The notes under the pieces: generated by a model
Seen by the model: the letters and a program-made list of their open reading frames with translations, nothing else
Told to the model about the DNA's origin: nothing
The model's database searches: none
Shown: positions 37,004-46,740 of the stretch, piece after piece
Layout: every line of letters begins with the position of its first letter
Position numbering within the stretch: position 1 is the first letter of the stretch
Program-made: the position numbers and the translations under genes
Source of the DNA: Tetramitus jugosus
Taxonomy: Eukaryota; Protista; Heterolobosea
Assembly (NCBI GenBank): GCA_937625935.1
Contig: OW569346.1
Span: forward strand, 620,001-684,000
Length of the DNA stretch: 64,000 bases
Direction of reading: 5' to 3'

Positions 37004-39220
37004 TTAGAGTTGAGGCAGTCTTTCACCAGAGAGAGCCTTTTTCACTAGGCGCATCGATAGATGTCGTCGGAGCAACAGAGTGCAATGCTTCTGCAGTGTA
37101 CGGAGTACGGCTTTCATCCAGTATGCACTCGATCTCTTTCCATTGACTTGAAAGGTAAGTGTTGTGGTTGATTCCTCACTGGCTCGTGAATCGATAAACT
37201 CGAGTGAAACAACTTCCATGGTGGTTAACTTGCATATTTTTTGCAAGTACACTCTGTAGAATATTTCGAACCAGGGCATCAACAAGAACACTAACTGACA
37301 TGCGTGCAGTGATAGATAAATAATGTTGACACCAACCTTGATCAATGTTAAACTGAAATAAAACACAGCCAGCGTGGGGAATAGTAACGCTAATGTAATA
37401 AATAATAGAGATCCGAGAATAACCTGATCGATTGAAATTCCTCCCGCTTTCACGATGTCTTCAGAGTTCTGCTTCGTTGTTGTTGTGTAGATTGAGAAAG
37501 AATCGATTCTGTTGTTACGCAACACGTTTCTTTTCTGTCCTCTAAACAGTCGCCAAAGAGCAATCAAAATACCTAATTGAATTTGATAAATTCGAGCACT
37601 CATCAGATAAAATAAATTGATATGCAACGAAATGAATCTCAGTAAATCACATAGTACGCTGCATATAAAACTGAGGCCACACAATATCACAAGAGCACAT
37701 CCCATATTCCTTATATACAATGCAACGACAGAAGGAGTGATAATAGAGAGAGCAGCAGATGTGATTGAATATAAAAGCGAGCAAACATCGCTCCACCAAT
37801 CGAAACCTGCTAACAACATATGGGCTAGAGTACGATCAAGTTGCAAATTTAACTTAATACCGAGAGGACTTGCCGTGGAATTTCCACTCTCCATCAACCA
37901 AACAATCCATGAACTAATATGTAAATTAACAGTTGTGCACCATCTGACTAACATGTCCAATGAAAGATACTTTCCCCAAATCACCAACAGAAGAGCAGCC
38001 AAAGCAGAATCGATGAGCACACTTGTAAAAAGGGAGAATATTTTCCTACTGTTGTGATGCTTCGATTGTTTCGTGTGTTGCTGAATTCTGTACCAGATGT
38101 GCGCTTTGATACGACTAGAAGGCCAAATGTAACGGAAGAGAGGATGAGACCACACTGTGAATGAGCCATTGTGTATCTTATTTGATTCTTCATTTTCATT
38201 TGTTATGTCCGAGGTATTATCACGTATTCTGAGTCGATGAAGCAGCCTCAGCGCTCCCATACGATTGGATGATGGCACAGAATCAATTTTTTTAGCGATT
38301 CTATTCACCGGTTTCATCATCATGTCATGCATCAGTGATCTGTTATGTTGTTCCTCTGGTATTTCCTCGTCCACCAACACTGGTTTTGTCTCATTATTCT
38401 TCTGCGAATTGAAAGAAAAGATTTGGAATATGCGAGATAGAATGACAAATAACAGTTGGTGAACGACCAGAATATAGTACAATACACATCGCAGGTACTT
38501 ATGAAAAGTATTGTTCACTCCACCTTGGCGAGGACTACCCAAACTACTTTTGGTGCTACAGTACAGGGCATGAGCAATTTTCATCGATTGGAGTAAATGA
38601 GGCGACAGAGAAGGCTTCTCTCGATACACGTCGTTCAAAAAGTAATCTAGTGACTCTGTTTCGTACTCAATAAACTTTGATTCATAGTAAAAGATGTGCA
38701 CTGAGGTAGAGCACTCTTTTGTAGCATTGTCGATTATTGCTCTACTACTATTCAATGAACAGTCAAATACGTGGGGATTCTCTGAACATGGCTTTAAGTT
38801 TATCCACGGTGATGATGATGACGACGCATTATCATTGTTACTATTGATATTTTTCGTGCGATTGTTATTTTTCTTGTTGTTGCTGCTGTGGTTCGTTTGT
38901 TGTGATGATGATGGAGTCGTGTGATCATGCACGGCACTATTACATATCCAATTGGCAACATGCTTCAAATGATACATGGATGAAAAATTCCAGTTTGTGA
39001 TCGTGTTGTTCAAATCCGTGGTCGTCATCGTATTAGTGTTAGAAGCACCCCTTAACATTCCAGGAGTGAATAACAATAGAATGGCATGTTCTTCTCGTAG
39101 CTGTACACCAAAAACTTCCTCTGACTCATGATGAGTCGAGAGGTACTGGCGTAGAAAGTGAGGTATGTACACCAGCAATCTGCGCTTGATGCTCGCCTCT
39201 GTTGTGATTTGATCATTCAT
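37004..39220 (-). CDS. PIGQ: GPI-GlcNAc transferase subunit Q (Gpi1)
   Basis: PLGIKLN, LWRLFRGQKRNVLR..RIDS and DQVILGSLLF motifs with multiple TM helices. Confidence 0.88.
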   Translation of the reverse strand: MNDQITTEASIKRRLLVYIPHFLRQYLSTHHESEEVFGVQLREEHAILLLFTPGMLRGASNTNTMTTTDLNNTITNWNFSSMYHLKHVANWICNSAVHDHTTPSSSQQTNHSSNNKKNNNRTKNINSNNDNASSSSSPWINLKPCSENPHVFDCSLNSSRAIIDNATKECSTSVHIFYYESKFIEYETESLDYFLNDVYREKPSLSPHLLQSMKIAHALYCSTKSSLGSPRQGGVNNTFHKYLRCVLYYILVVHQLLFVILSRIFQIFSFNSQKNNETKPVLVDEEIPEEQHNRSLMHDMMMKPVNRIAKKIDSVPSSNRMGALRLLHRLRIRDNTSDITNENEESNKIHNGSFTVWSHPLFRYIWPSSRIKAHIWYRIQQHTKQSKHHNSRKIFSLFTSVLIDSALAALLLVIWGKYLSLDMLVRWCTTVNLHISSWIVWLMESGNSTASPLGIKLNLQLDRTLAHMLLAGFDWWSDVCSLLYSITSAALSIITPSVVALYIRNMGCALVILCGLSFICSVLCDLLRFISLHINLFYLMSARIYQIQLGILIALWRLFRGQKRNVLRNNRIDSFSIYTTTTKQNSEDIVKAGGISIDQVILGSLLFITLALLFPTLAVFYFSLTLIKVGVNIIYLSLHACQLVFLLMPWFEIFYRVYLQKICKLTTMEVVSLEFIDSRASEESTTTLTFQVNGKRSSAYWMKAVLRTLQKHCTLLLRRHLSMRLVKKALSGERLPQL

Positions 39221-39260
39221 CGTTGTTTTGTTGGTTTTCCAAATTTATTTTTGGTATCTC

Positions 39261-40690
39261 TCAAAGGGGAAAATGAGAACAAAATACAACGTCAAGATGT
39301 GCCGCTCTTCTTTGAATAGAAGCGAACGATACGTACCACTCCTCGAACTGTTTTGTCAGGAATCTTACGCCGGAAAATATGAATGCCCATTCCGATCAAT
39401 ACTGCCATCATTCCAATGCCAGCTAACATGTAGAAGTCGAGCAGCACTCTGCCTGCGGTTGTTTTGGGTAGGATATCGCCATACCCAATACTGCAAACAT
39501 TTCGTTAACACACACTTGAGCATAGAAAGCAACAGAAGGAAATAACTGAAAACATACGTTGTTAGAGTACAAAGTGAGAAATACACTGATTTTCCATAAG
39601 TCCAGTTCTCTGTCAGACTAAAGACCATTGATCCAAGCAAAAGAAATGCAACAATGAATAGAATCTGGAGTAAAATTCTGAAAAAGTGACTGGAGATAAC
39701 CTTAAGTAGCAGATGTCGGATGCTTTTGTGTTTCCCCATCCACTTGCGCAACATGTTTGTCTGGGAGCGATACTCTCTCTTCTCTCTTCTCTTTTCTATT
39801 CCCGGATTCGAATGCCTCTCTTCGTCAAGAGAAACAAAATTGGTGAAGATGTTGAAAGAATGAGATGTGATAGAAATGTACCGTGTGCCCACCATTGCTG
39901 ACCATGCAGCAAGTAGTGGAAGTCCCAAGATAATGCAAAATGAATTGTAAATCTTACCACCCACTGTCAGAGGTACCAAGTCACCGAAACCCACTTTTGT
40001 CAAAGTATCCACTGAGAAAGAAATTGATCTCTCAAAGGTCCATTTCTCTATTGCCCAGAAAGGGATGGCACTCAGCACCAGAAAAGAGCAAATGATGAGG
40101 AACGCGAATAATATGGATGATATGTCGAAAATGATATGATAAAGTGAGCGTTTGGATGATCCACTCATTGCAGTGCCTTCAAGATAACCATTTTCTTCCA
40201 CGATAATCACGTCAGTGTCAAGAAAATCTTGAAGATAACGTTTCTTTGTAGTTTTCTCTTCTTGATTGCTATTGTTATTGCGATGTTTCAGTGTTGATTC
40301 GATACTCTCTTGTGTCAACTTGTCAGTAATGCATTCTTTTAATCTCAGGACATCTTCGTCAGCCACTATAAAATGAATCCATTGATTATTCAAGAGAACA
40401 TCGATCTCTAGCGACATGTACCACAGATTTTTTTGCTCGTTTTCTTCTCCATGATCTGTGGTTTGTCCAGACTGAAGATGTATCGAAGAATCTTGTGCAT
40501 TCGCATAATTTGAACAAGTGTTATCCGGTGGTTGATGATCTGTCATCGATCCTCTGTCTGTAAAACATTTCATGTCACCGGTTGGGTGAACCAGTGTTGA
40601 AGGGCAACGAAAAGGTTTTTTCATTCGCAGTATAATTTGATTCTCTTCCAGCCAGTAATGGCAATATGATGCCCGATCTTGTTGGTCCAT
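39261..40690 (-). CDS. Two-pore-domain potassium channel (K2P/TOK-like), 2 exons
   Basis: Pore 1 is TKVGFGDL. Removing GT-AG intron 39491-39557 gives pore 2 TLTTIGYGDI; stop at 39261. Confidence 0.88.
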
Positions 40691-40876
40691 TTCTTTCGCG
40701 CTTGAATTTTCGGTTCTCGCTTTACTCCAAGGATAAATAGCTGCCTATCAACAATACCCATTTTTATCATGTTGCTGTGTGGGATGCTTTTGTTGGTTTA
40801 TGATGACAAGCGGAGTTTCCAAGTGCAATTGTTCGTGAACTGTGTTCTCGTAGACTGGCACTTTGAAAACAAAACT

Positions 40877-41583
40877 ATGGATTTCTTAGATTTAGATGAT
40901 GCCGAAATGAGCAATGATGAATGCATCAAAATCATCGAGTTTTGTGATACGACTGAATGGCTGCAATTGAGTTATACGTGCAAAGGAATCAATCAATTCA
41001 AATTCAATCGATTACTCATGTCAAACAAGAGGAGAACGCAGAAACTCACGTTGAATCAATGGCAGATCACTCACCGATTTCGATTGGCAGAACACTGTTC
41101 AATGTTTGCTTGAACAAGCATCCTGAAGTGACGAATGAGCATTTCCAATTTTTGAGCGGTATCTGTAATTTGACTGGCATTCATATGCTCAACATGAGTT
41201 ATTGCAATAGTATCACAGACAATTCTCTTGTTTATCTGGCTGGTATTCACACACTTGATGTAAGTTGTTGTGATAAAATTACAGACAATGGATTCAATCA
41301 TTTGACTGGAATGCGTAGCCTCTATATGAGTGGTTGCAAACACATCACAGATAAGGCATTCTTTCATTTGACTGGTATCCACACACTTGATATCAGCTAT
41401 TGCAGTCAAATCACAGATGATGCATTTCCTCATTTCGTTGGCATTCACACACTGAATATGAGCGGTTGTGATCAAATAACAGAAAATGCACTAACTTTTT
41501 TGGCTGGTGTTCGTATGAGTTTTTGCAGTCAAATTACAGATAAGACGAAACAATGTTTTTATCAAAGAATATTGAGTAGTTGA
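40877..41583 (+). pseudogene. F-box + LRR gene with an apparent frameshift near 41090
   Basis: F-box-like MSNDECIKIIEFC...LSYTCK in one frame; 22-aa GIHTLDxSxCxxITDxxF LRRs in another. Confidence 0.6.
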
Positions 41584-41772
41584 GTACCATGGCATCTACA
41601 TAATAAAAATCATCTAGATAATACAACAAACTTTATCCTGTAACAAATTGATTTGCTATTATTTCAAGTCATAGCGCAAAGACATAGTTCCTACCATCTT
41701 TGTTTGATCAATGTTGAAAACAAAGCATTCTTACAGATTATTTACAATTGAGACTCTGGAGGGCAGATTACA

Positions 41773-42390
41773 CTACTCATTCTTCTTAGTAATGAAACCA
41801 GTATCTCCCGCAAATAAAATCACAGTGCCTGTTTGCTGCGTGAGTCTGTTATTGGAAACACTATTGTAAGAAGTTATTGAAGCTGTATCATAGAATGTGA
41901 TATCGGTCGATGTTCAGAAGCTGAAGGGAAGAAGACTTTCTGTGCTAGTGGTAAGAATTTTTCGGCAGCAGCAGAGTAAACTGTTCCCCCAACTGTAGCT
42001 ACTTTGATTTGAGGATTATTCCATCCTTCCAATGTTTCTGGGAGATTGAAACCGTCTGGTAGAGGTGCATTCTCGTCCCTGTATACAGCAAATGGAATAG
42101 CTCTCTCATAAACACATGTGTAATCAGCTCTGTTCAATCTACCAACCAAGAATGTAACGTCAATAACAGTATCAGCTTCACCCCTTTCCAATAGATCGAC
42201 TGAATCTTGGAAGAAGCTTGATACATTATATGGAACAAAAACTGGATCAATGTTCGTTCCAAGTACAAGTCCCAAGTAACTGCTCACGATCTTAATCACA
42301 TCAGGTAAGTAACCTGAAGCTTGTCCATCAACAATAGCAAAAAATGCAGGATCATCATGAACGGTAGACACTCCAACTCTAAGTTGTTTT
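41773..42390 (-). pseudogene. Family-3 (amino-acid) periplasmic solute-binding protein fragment
   Basis: QLRVGVS...GYLPDVIK...LERGEAD...IKVATVGGT. The C-terminal GDTGFITKK* is out of frame and no start or signal peptide is visible. Confidence 0.6.
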
Positions 42391-42501
42391 GAATCACTGG
42401 TGGTGGAGGTCTTCAGAATTTGTACAGGTAGGTTCAGAAAGTCGTCTCAACAAAGTACAACTGCAGCATTCCAACAAACCAAACTCACATCTCTTCTCAC
42501 C

Positions 42502-43851
42502 ATGGTATCAACGACAAATGTTGTTGCAGAAAGCACTGATACAAGCGACAGGATATCCAATCACCAGTCCATTGTTCGTAAACAATTCTTCCAAGTGGTC
42601 CAGGAGTGGACTGCCACTATTGACCAGAAATTGAAGTCTAAAGTGTTTCAGAACACCTCTTCTGATTTACCCAAGTTGGTTGCGATTGAAGATGAGCGTT
42701 CCTTTGAAGAACTACTGGATCTCATGAACGACCAAGACACTATGAACGCTCGATTTTTGTTTGTTTGCAGAAACGGCAGTGATGAAGTATCTCTGCAGTT
42801 ATTGAATCACTTGATTGAGACATACAGTAGTGATAACAGTTCGTTCTCCAAATACTCTTTGAGCAAAATCACTGACAAAGACAATTCCAATTGCACTCTC
42901 ATGCACGTTTGTGCGCAAAGAAATAAGACCCAATGCATGGAATTCTTGCTGTCTCTCAAAATGTCAATAGATCCACTCGATTCGTTGTCTTCTACACCAC
43001 TGCACTATGCAGTTGCCCAGAATCGTCACGAATCTGTTCTATTTCTATTGAACAAGGGTGCAAACATCAATGCAAAAGACTCCTATTCCAAGTTTCCTCT
43101 GCTCATTGCTCTCAAACACAAACATTATGCCTTGGCGGAGTTGTTGGCTTCTTTTCGACCTGATGTCCATCTGAGAGTATCCAAAGGGAACACAGTCTTG
43201 CATATCATGGCTGACGAAGGTGATATCACTGCAGTGAAGCTTCTCGTTGAAAAACTGAATGCATCTCCTCTGAGAAAGAACAATGAAGAAGAGAATGTAC
43301 TGTATGTAGCTCTGCCTCATTTGGAGATTATTCAATACCTGGCAGTCCAGTTTTCTTCAAAGGGTTTAGATCGCATGCTCTGTAACACCAACACCTCTGG
43401 GAAAAACATTTTGCACAAATGTGGAACTGATGGGCATATTGATCATGTGTTGTTGCTCTTGAAGTATATGAATCTTCGTGAGTTCAATCAGAAACAGGTC
43501 GAATCCTTGTTGAACACCATGGACAAGAAGGGAGACACACCTCTGCTACTAGCTGTGAAAAACTCCAGGAAGGAGCTTGTCAGGTTTTTAGTGGAGTGCG
43601 CTGAAGTTGAGTTGAATGAAGGCGACTCAAGTGGTATGACTGCTCTTCAATCATCAGTCAACATATCTGATAAGGATATGATCAACACACTCTCGAAGGC
43701 AGGCGCTTCTCTGAAACCAATTAATAGACATGATGAGGAATCAGAACAAAATAATTGTTTTACTCGGCTCAGTAGCATGACTACTACTCTAGTGCTTCTC
43801 CTTTCCTTCATCTCCATTATATGTATTATAAGCATCCTCTCTTCCTGTTAG
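42502..43851 (+). CDS. Ankyrin-repeat protein, apparently 3'-truncated within a TM helix
   Basis: Repeated TPLHYA, GNTVLH and GDTPLL ankyrin motifs. Ends in a hydrophobic stretch overlapping the convergent gene. Confidence 0.8.
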   Translation: MVSTTNVVAESTDTSDRISNHQSIVRKQFFQVVQEWTATIDQKLKSKVFQNTSSDLPKLVAIEDERSFEELLDLMNDQDTMNARFLFVCRNGSDEVSLQLLNHLIETYSSDNSSFSKYSLSKITDKDNSNCTLMHVCAQRNKTQCMEFLLSLKMSIDPLDSLSSTPLHYAVAQNRHESVLFLLNKGANINAKDSYSKFPLLIALKHKHYALAELLASFRPDVHLRVSKGNTVLHIMADEGDITAVKLLVEKLNASPLRKNNEEENVLYVALPHLEIIQYLAVQFSSKGLDRMLCNTNTSGKNILHKCGTDGHIDHVLLLLKYMNLREFNQKQVESLLNTMDKKGDTPLLLAVKNSRKELVRFLVECAEVELNEGDSSGMTALQSSVNISDKDMINTLSKAGASLKPINRHDEESEQNNCFTRLSSMTTTLVLLLSFISIICIISILSSC

Positions 43852-45016
43852 TCACTACGCTGGGCTCTTCTTCATCATCTTCATTTTCATCAACAGATTT
43901 CTTTTTCTTGGACTTCTGGGAAGTAGTTGCAGTACTCTTCTTTTTCTTTGCAGTTTCATCACTGCTGACCTTTCTCTTCTTTTTAGGAGGCGATTCTTCT
44001 CCATCTAATTCATCATCAGAGATGAACATTGATCCGGCATCCACACCTGATTCGACATCGGCAAATAACGCCAAAAAGTTCTTGCTTCCGAACTGAATTC
44101 CTCTCTTTTTTCGGACGGTGAGAGCTCTCACATCATCTTCGTCCATGAACTCTATACCACTGCTATCTGAACCGTCTTCTACTTCTTTCCTCTGCTCTGA
44201 CTCAACCACTGACCTTCTTCCATCTCTTGGTGGCGGAGTCAATGTCAAGTCATCGCGGAAACTAGATGAAGAACGCGTAAAGCTGTTTGACTGAGTAAGG
44301 TCGTGGGAAAACACATACCCACCCTCAACCACCTTAGCCAATTTTCCAGCCCTGACCAAATAGGAATGAAATCCTCTGTCGAATTCACTTTTGCACAACT
44401 CGTGCTGCTCGATATAGAACTTCTTTCGTTGATCCGAGAGTTTGGAAAAGGCTAATTTGACATCTCTCACTCTATCCTCATAGGAATAGGAGCGCGAGAT
44501 TGGCTTCAACGTATGATCGATCTCACGTTCTAACAGTTTCTCTGGTAATGGTGGTGGTAGGAGAGTCATGATCTTGCAGTAAGTTGTTCTCTCCTCGAGT
44601 ACACTTCTCTGGATGACGTTTCTTGAGGGTTGTCTATCTTCTCTGTATGGATTGAACTGCTGTTTCTCGCTCTCAGTCATCTTGGAAAGCCTTTCTCTGG
44701 TGATCTTTCTGACATCAGAGCCCAACATCAAGTAAATGCCATCCAACTCCTCTCTGACTGTTTGATAATAAGCGTTGAAGATGTCAAGTGCTGGTTGGTT
44801 TCTCGAAACACCTTTTTGAGGCAAAGGGTAAAGGGTTTCATGTTCTTTTCTTATTTGATCCTTATCAGGTATGGATAGCTTGACCCATTTCCTGAGAGTA
44901 TCCTCCAATTGCCCGTTCTTGTTCTCCTTCTGATGGTAGTAGATGAACACTGTGGGTCGAGATTCCTTCTTGGCCGTCAAAGTAGACACGTCTTTCCCAT
45001 TACTCTTCTTGGGCAT
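43826..45016 (-). CDS. Divergent multi-HMG-box protein with acidic/basic tail
   Basis: HMG-like units RPTVFIYY...KWVKLS, FNAYYQTVRE...SKMTESEKQQF and AFSKLSDQRKKFYIE; NLS-like PPKKKRK. Confidence 0.55.
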   Translation of the reverse strand: MPKKSNGKDVSTLTAKKESRPTVFIYYHQKENKNGQLEDTLRKWVKLSIPDKDQIRKEHETLYPLPQKGVSRNQPALDIFNAYYQTVREELDGIYLMLGSDVRKITRERLSKMTESEKQQFNPYREDRQPSRNVIQRSVLEERTTYCKIMTLLPPPLPEKLLEREIDHTLKPISRSYSYEDRVRDVKLAFSKLSDQRKKFYIEQHELCKSEFDRGFHSYLVRAGKLAKVVEGGYVFSHDLTQSNSFTRSSSSFRDDLTLTPPPRDGRRSVVESEQRKEVEDGSDSSGIEFMDEDDVRALTVRKKRGIQFGSKNFLALFADVESGVDAGSMFISDDELDGEESPPKKKRKVSSDETAKKKKSTATTSQKSKKKKSVDENEDDEEEPSVVTNRKRGCL

Positions 45017-45999
45017 TATGTTGTAATGGTTCTTTTGTGGTTTTTGATTTTTCTACCGTGAACAGTTTTTCGTAAAAAGTCGAATGGTCCGCCACCTTGC
45101 GGGTTTCGGCCGTGCGAAAAAATGGAAAACTGCGCTCACCAAAAAGTGGTTTGTGATTTATCTTAGACATTTCAGTCAAAAAACGAAAGGAATAGGGAGC
45201 AATGTTGTGTAGTTTCTTGTACACTTTTCCAACCATTGTCTCACCAGTGTGTGTGGATGTCATCCACGGTAACAGCCACATCAGATCCACAGAAGACCGC
45301 TTCGTGCACGATGCAAACAAACAACACACATAGAACTGACCACCATTGTCCACAAACAGTCTGATAGTCCAATGACACACTGATCCACAAACAGAGTAGT
45401 CCTCTAGAAAATCTCTTAATGATTCGTATGTTGGAGTTGGACAACCTCCCTTGATTCTCGTACCATTGGCCCAGTACTTTGCAAACATGTTCAGGTGATA
45501 GAGATGGGTCATCTGTTGCCAGATCATCGATCAATCGACAACATGTACTGTAAATCACATCAATGATGTGATTGATTTCGATCATATTGTCTCCAACGTC
45601 CTTCATGTTCTTGTTGACATTGGTGATCAAAGCTTCCGCAACCACACTTCTCAGATTCATACTATCCAAATCAAAACTACCACCCATGAATTGGCAGCGA
45701 TATGAGTCATTGCATGCAAACATTCCCCAATCACGACAATTGTCCTCAGTGTTCGATCAGTCCTTTTGCCGGTGTGTGATGTTATGCTTATGACTGTGTG
45801 TCGAATGGCCGCCATGACCTCACCATACTTGTCCAAGCATTGTTCGTGTCGACCTATTCTGGAATACACGGCAATCGACAATAGAGCAGATAAGAACATG
45901 GTCTTCGTGAACACAGACAATAGACTCACTACCTTGACCGTAGCACAGGCCACCATCGTCATTGTGTCCACATCATTCAAATACCATGTGAAAACCAGC

Positions 46000-46661
46000 C
46001 TTGTTGAGCTGCAAGAGTTAAGTTCAGCCTCAAATGCCCTTGTATTGAATATTGGCACACTAGATAATTATTCAATTGAATCAATGTGTATGGCTGCTGC
46101 CAATGCATCTCGTTTAGGAAAACCAGTTATACTCGACCCTGTGGGTTGTGGAGCTAGCAAGTTTCGCTCATGAGTTCGTACGTTACAATACTAAAAGGGA
46201 ATCAAGGTGAGATGGAATCTCTATGTTTTGATGACTCATCAATGTCCAAGGGAGTGGATTCATCAGGCAACTCACAAAATGGAGATTTGGTTGCAAGAAC
46301 ACTAGCCTCAAGATACAAGTGCATTACTGCGATTACAGGACCCATTGATATTGTCTCTGATGGCACAAGAATTGTTCGCATCCACCACAATGTACCTCTC
46401 TTAACTAGCATAACTGGTGCTGGTTGTGTAGTTAGTGCGATCACGGGTTGCTTTGCGTCAGTGTCAGACCCCTTGGTAGCTGTTTCAACAGCACTTGCTT
46501 ATACAGGCGTGTGTGCTGAGATGGCCAGTAGTCAACCAGATGTTGGACCGGCTTCCTTTAACTGCCAGCTACTCGACATGTTCGCTCGTATACCATCCAA
46601 TATCTTCAGACGCGAAGTCAAGTTTTCCTTGGCAAACTTTGAGACACAAAAGTATTGTTAA
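46000..46661 (+). pseudogene. thiM: Hydroxyethylthiazole kinase (ThiM-like), 5'-truncated and frameshifted
   Basis: ALVLNIGTL, PVILDPVGCGAS, ILKGNQGE, AITGPIDIVSDG and ITGAGC motifs. N-terminus is absent, with a frame break at ~46170. Confidence 0.85.
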
Positions 46662-46740
46662 TTCATGTTGGTGTGTGTCAGTAAAAATTCATATGAAAAT
46701 GGGTACCTTTATTGACCTTTTGTTGTGCCCTAGGTGAGGA

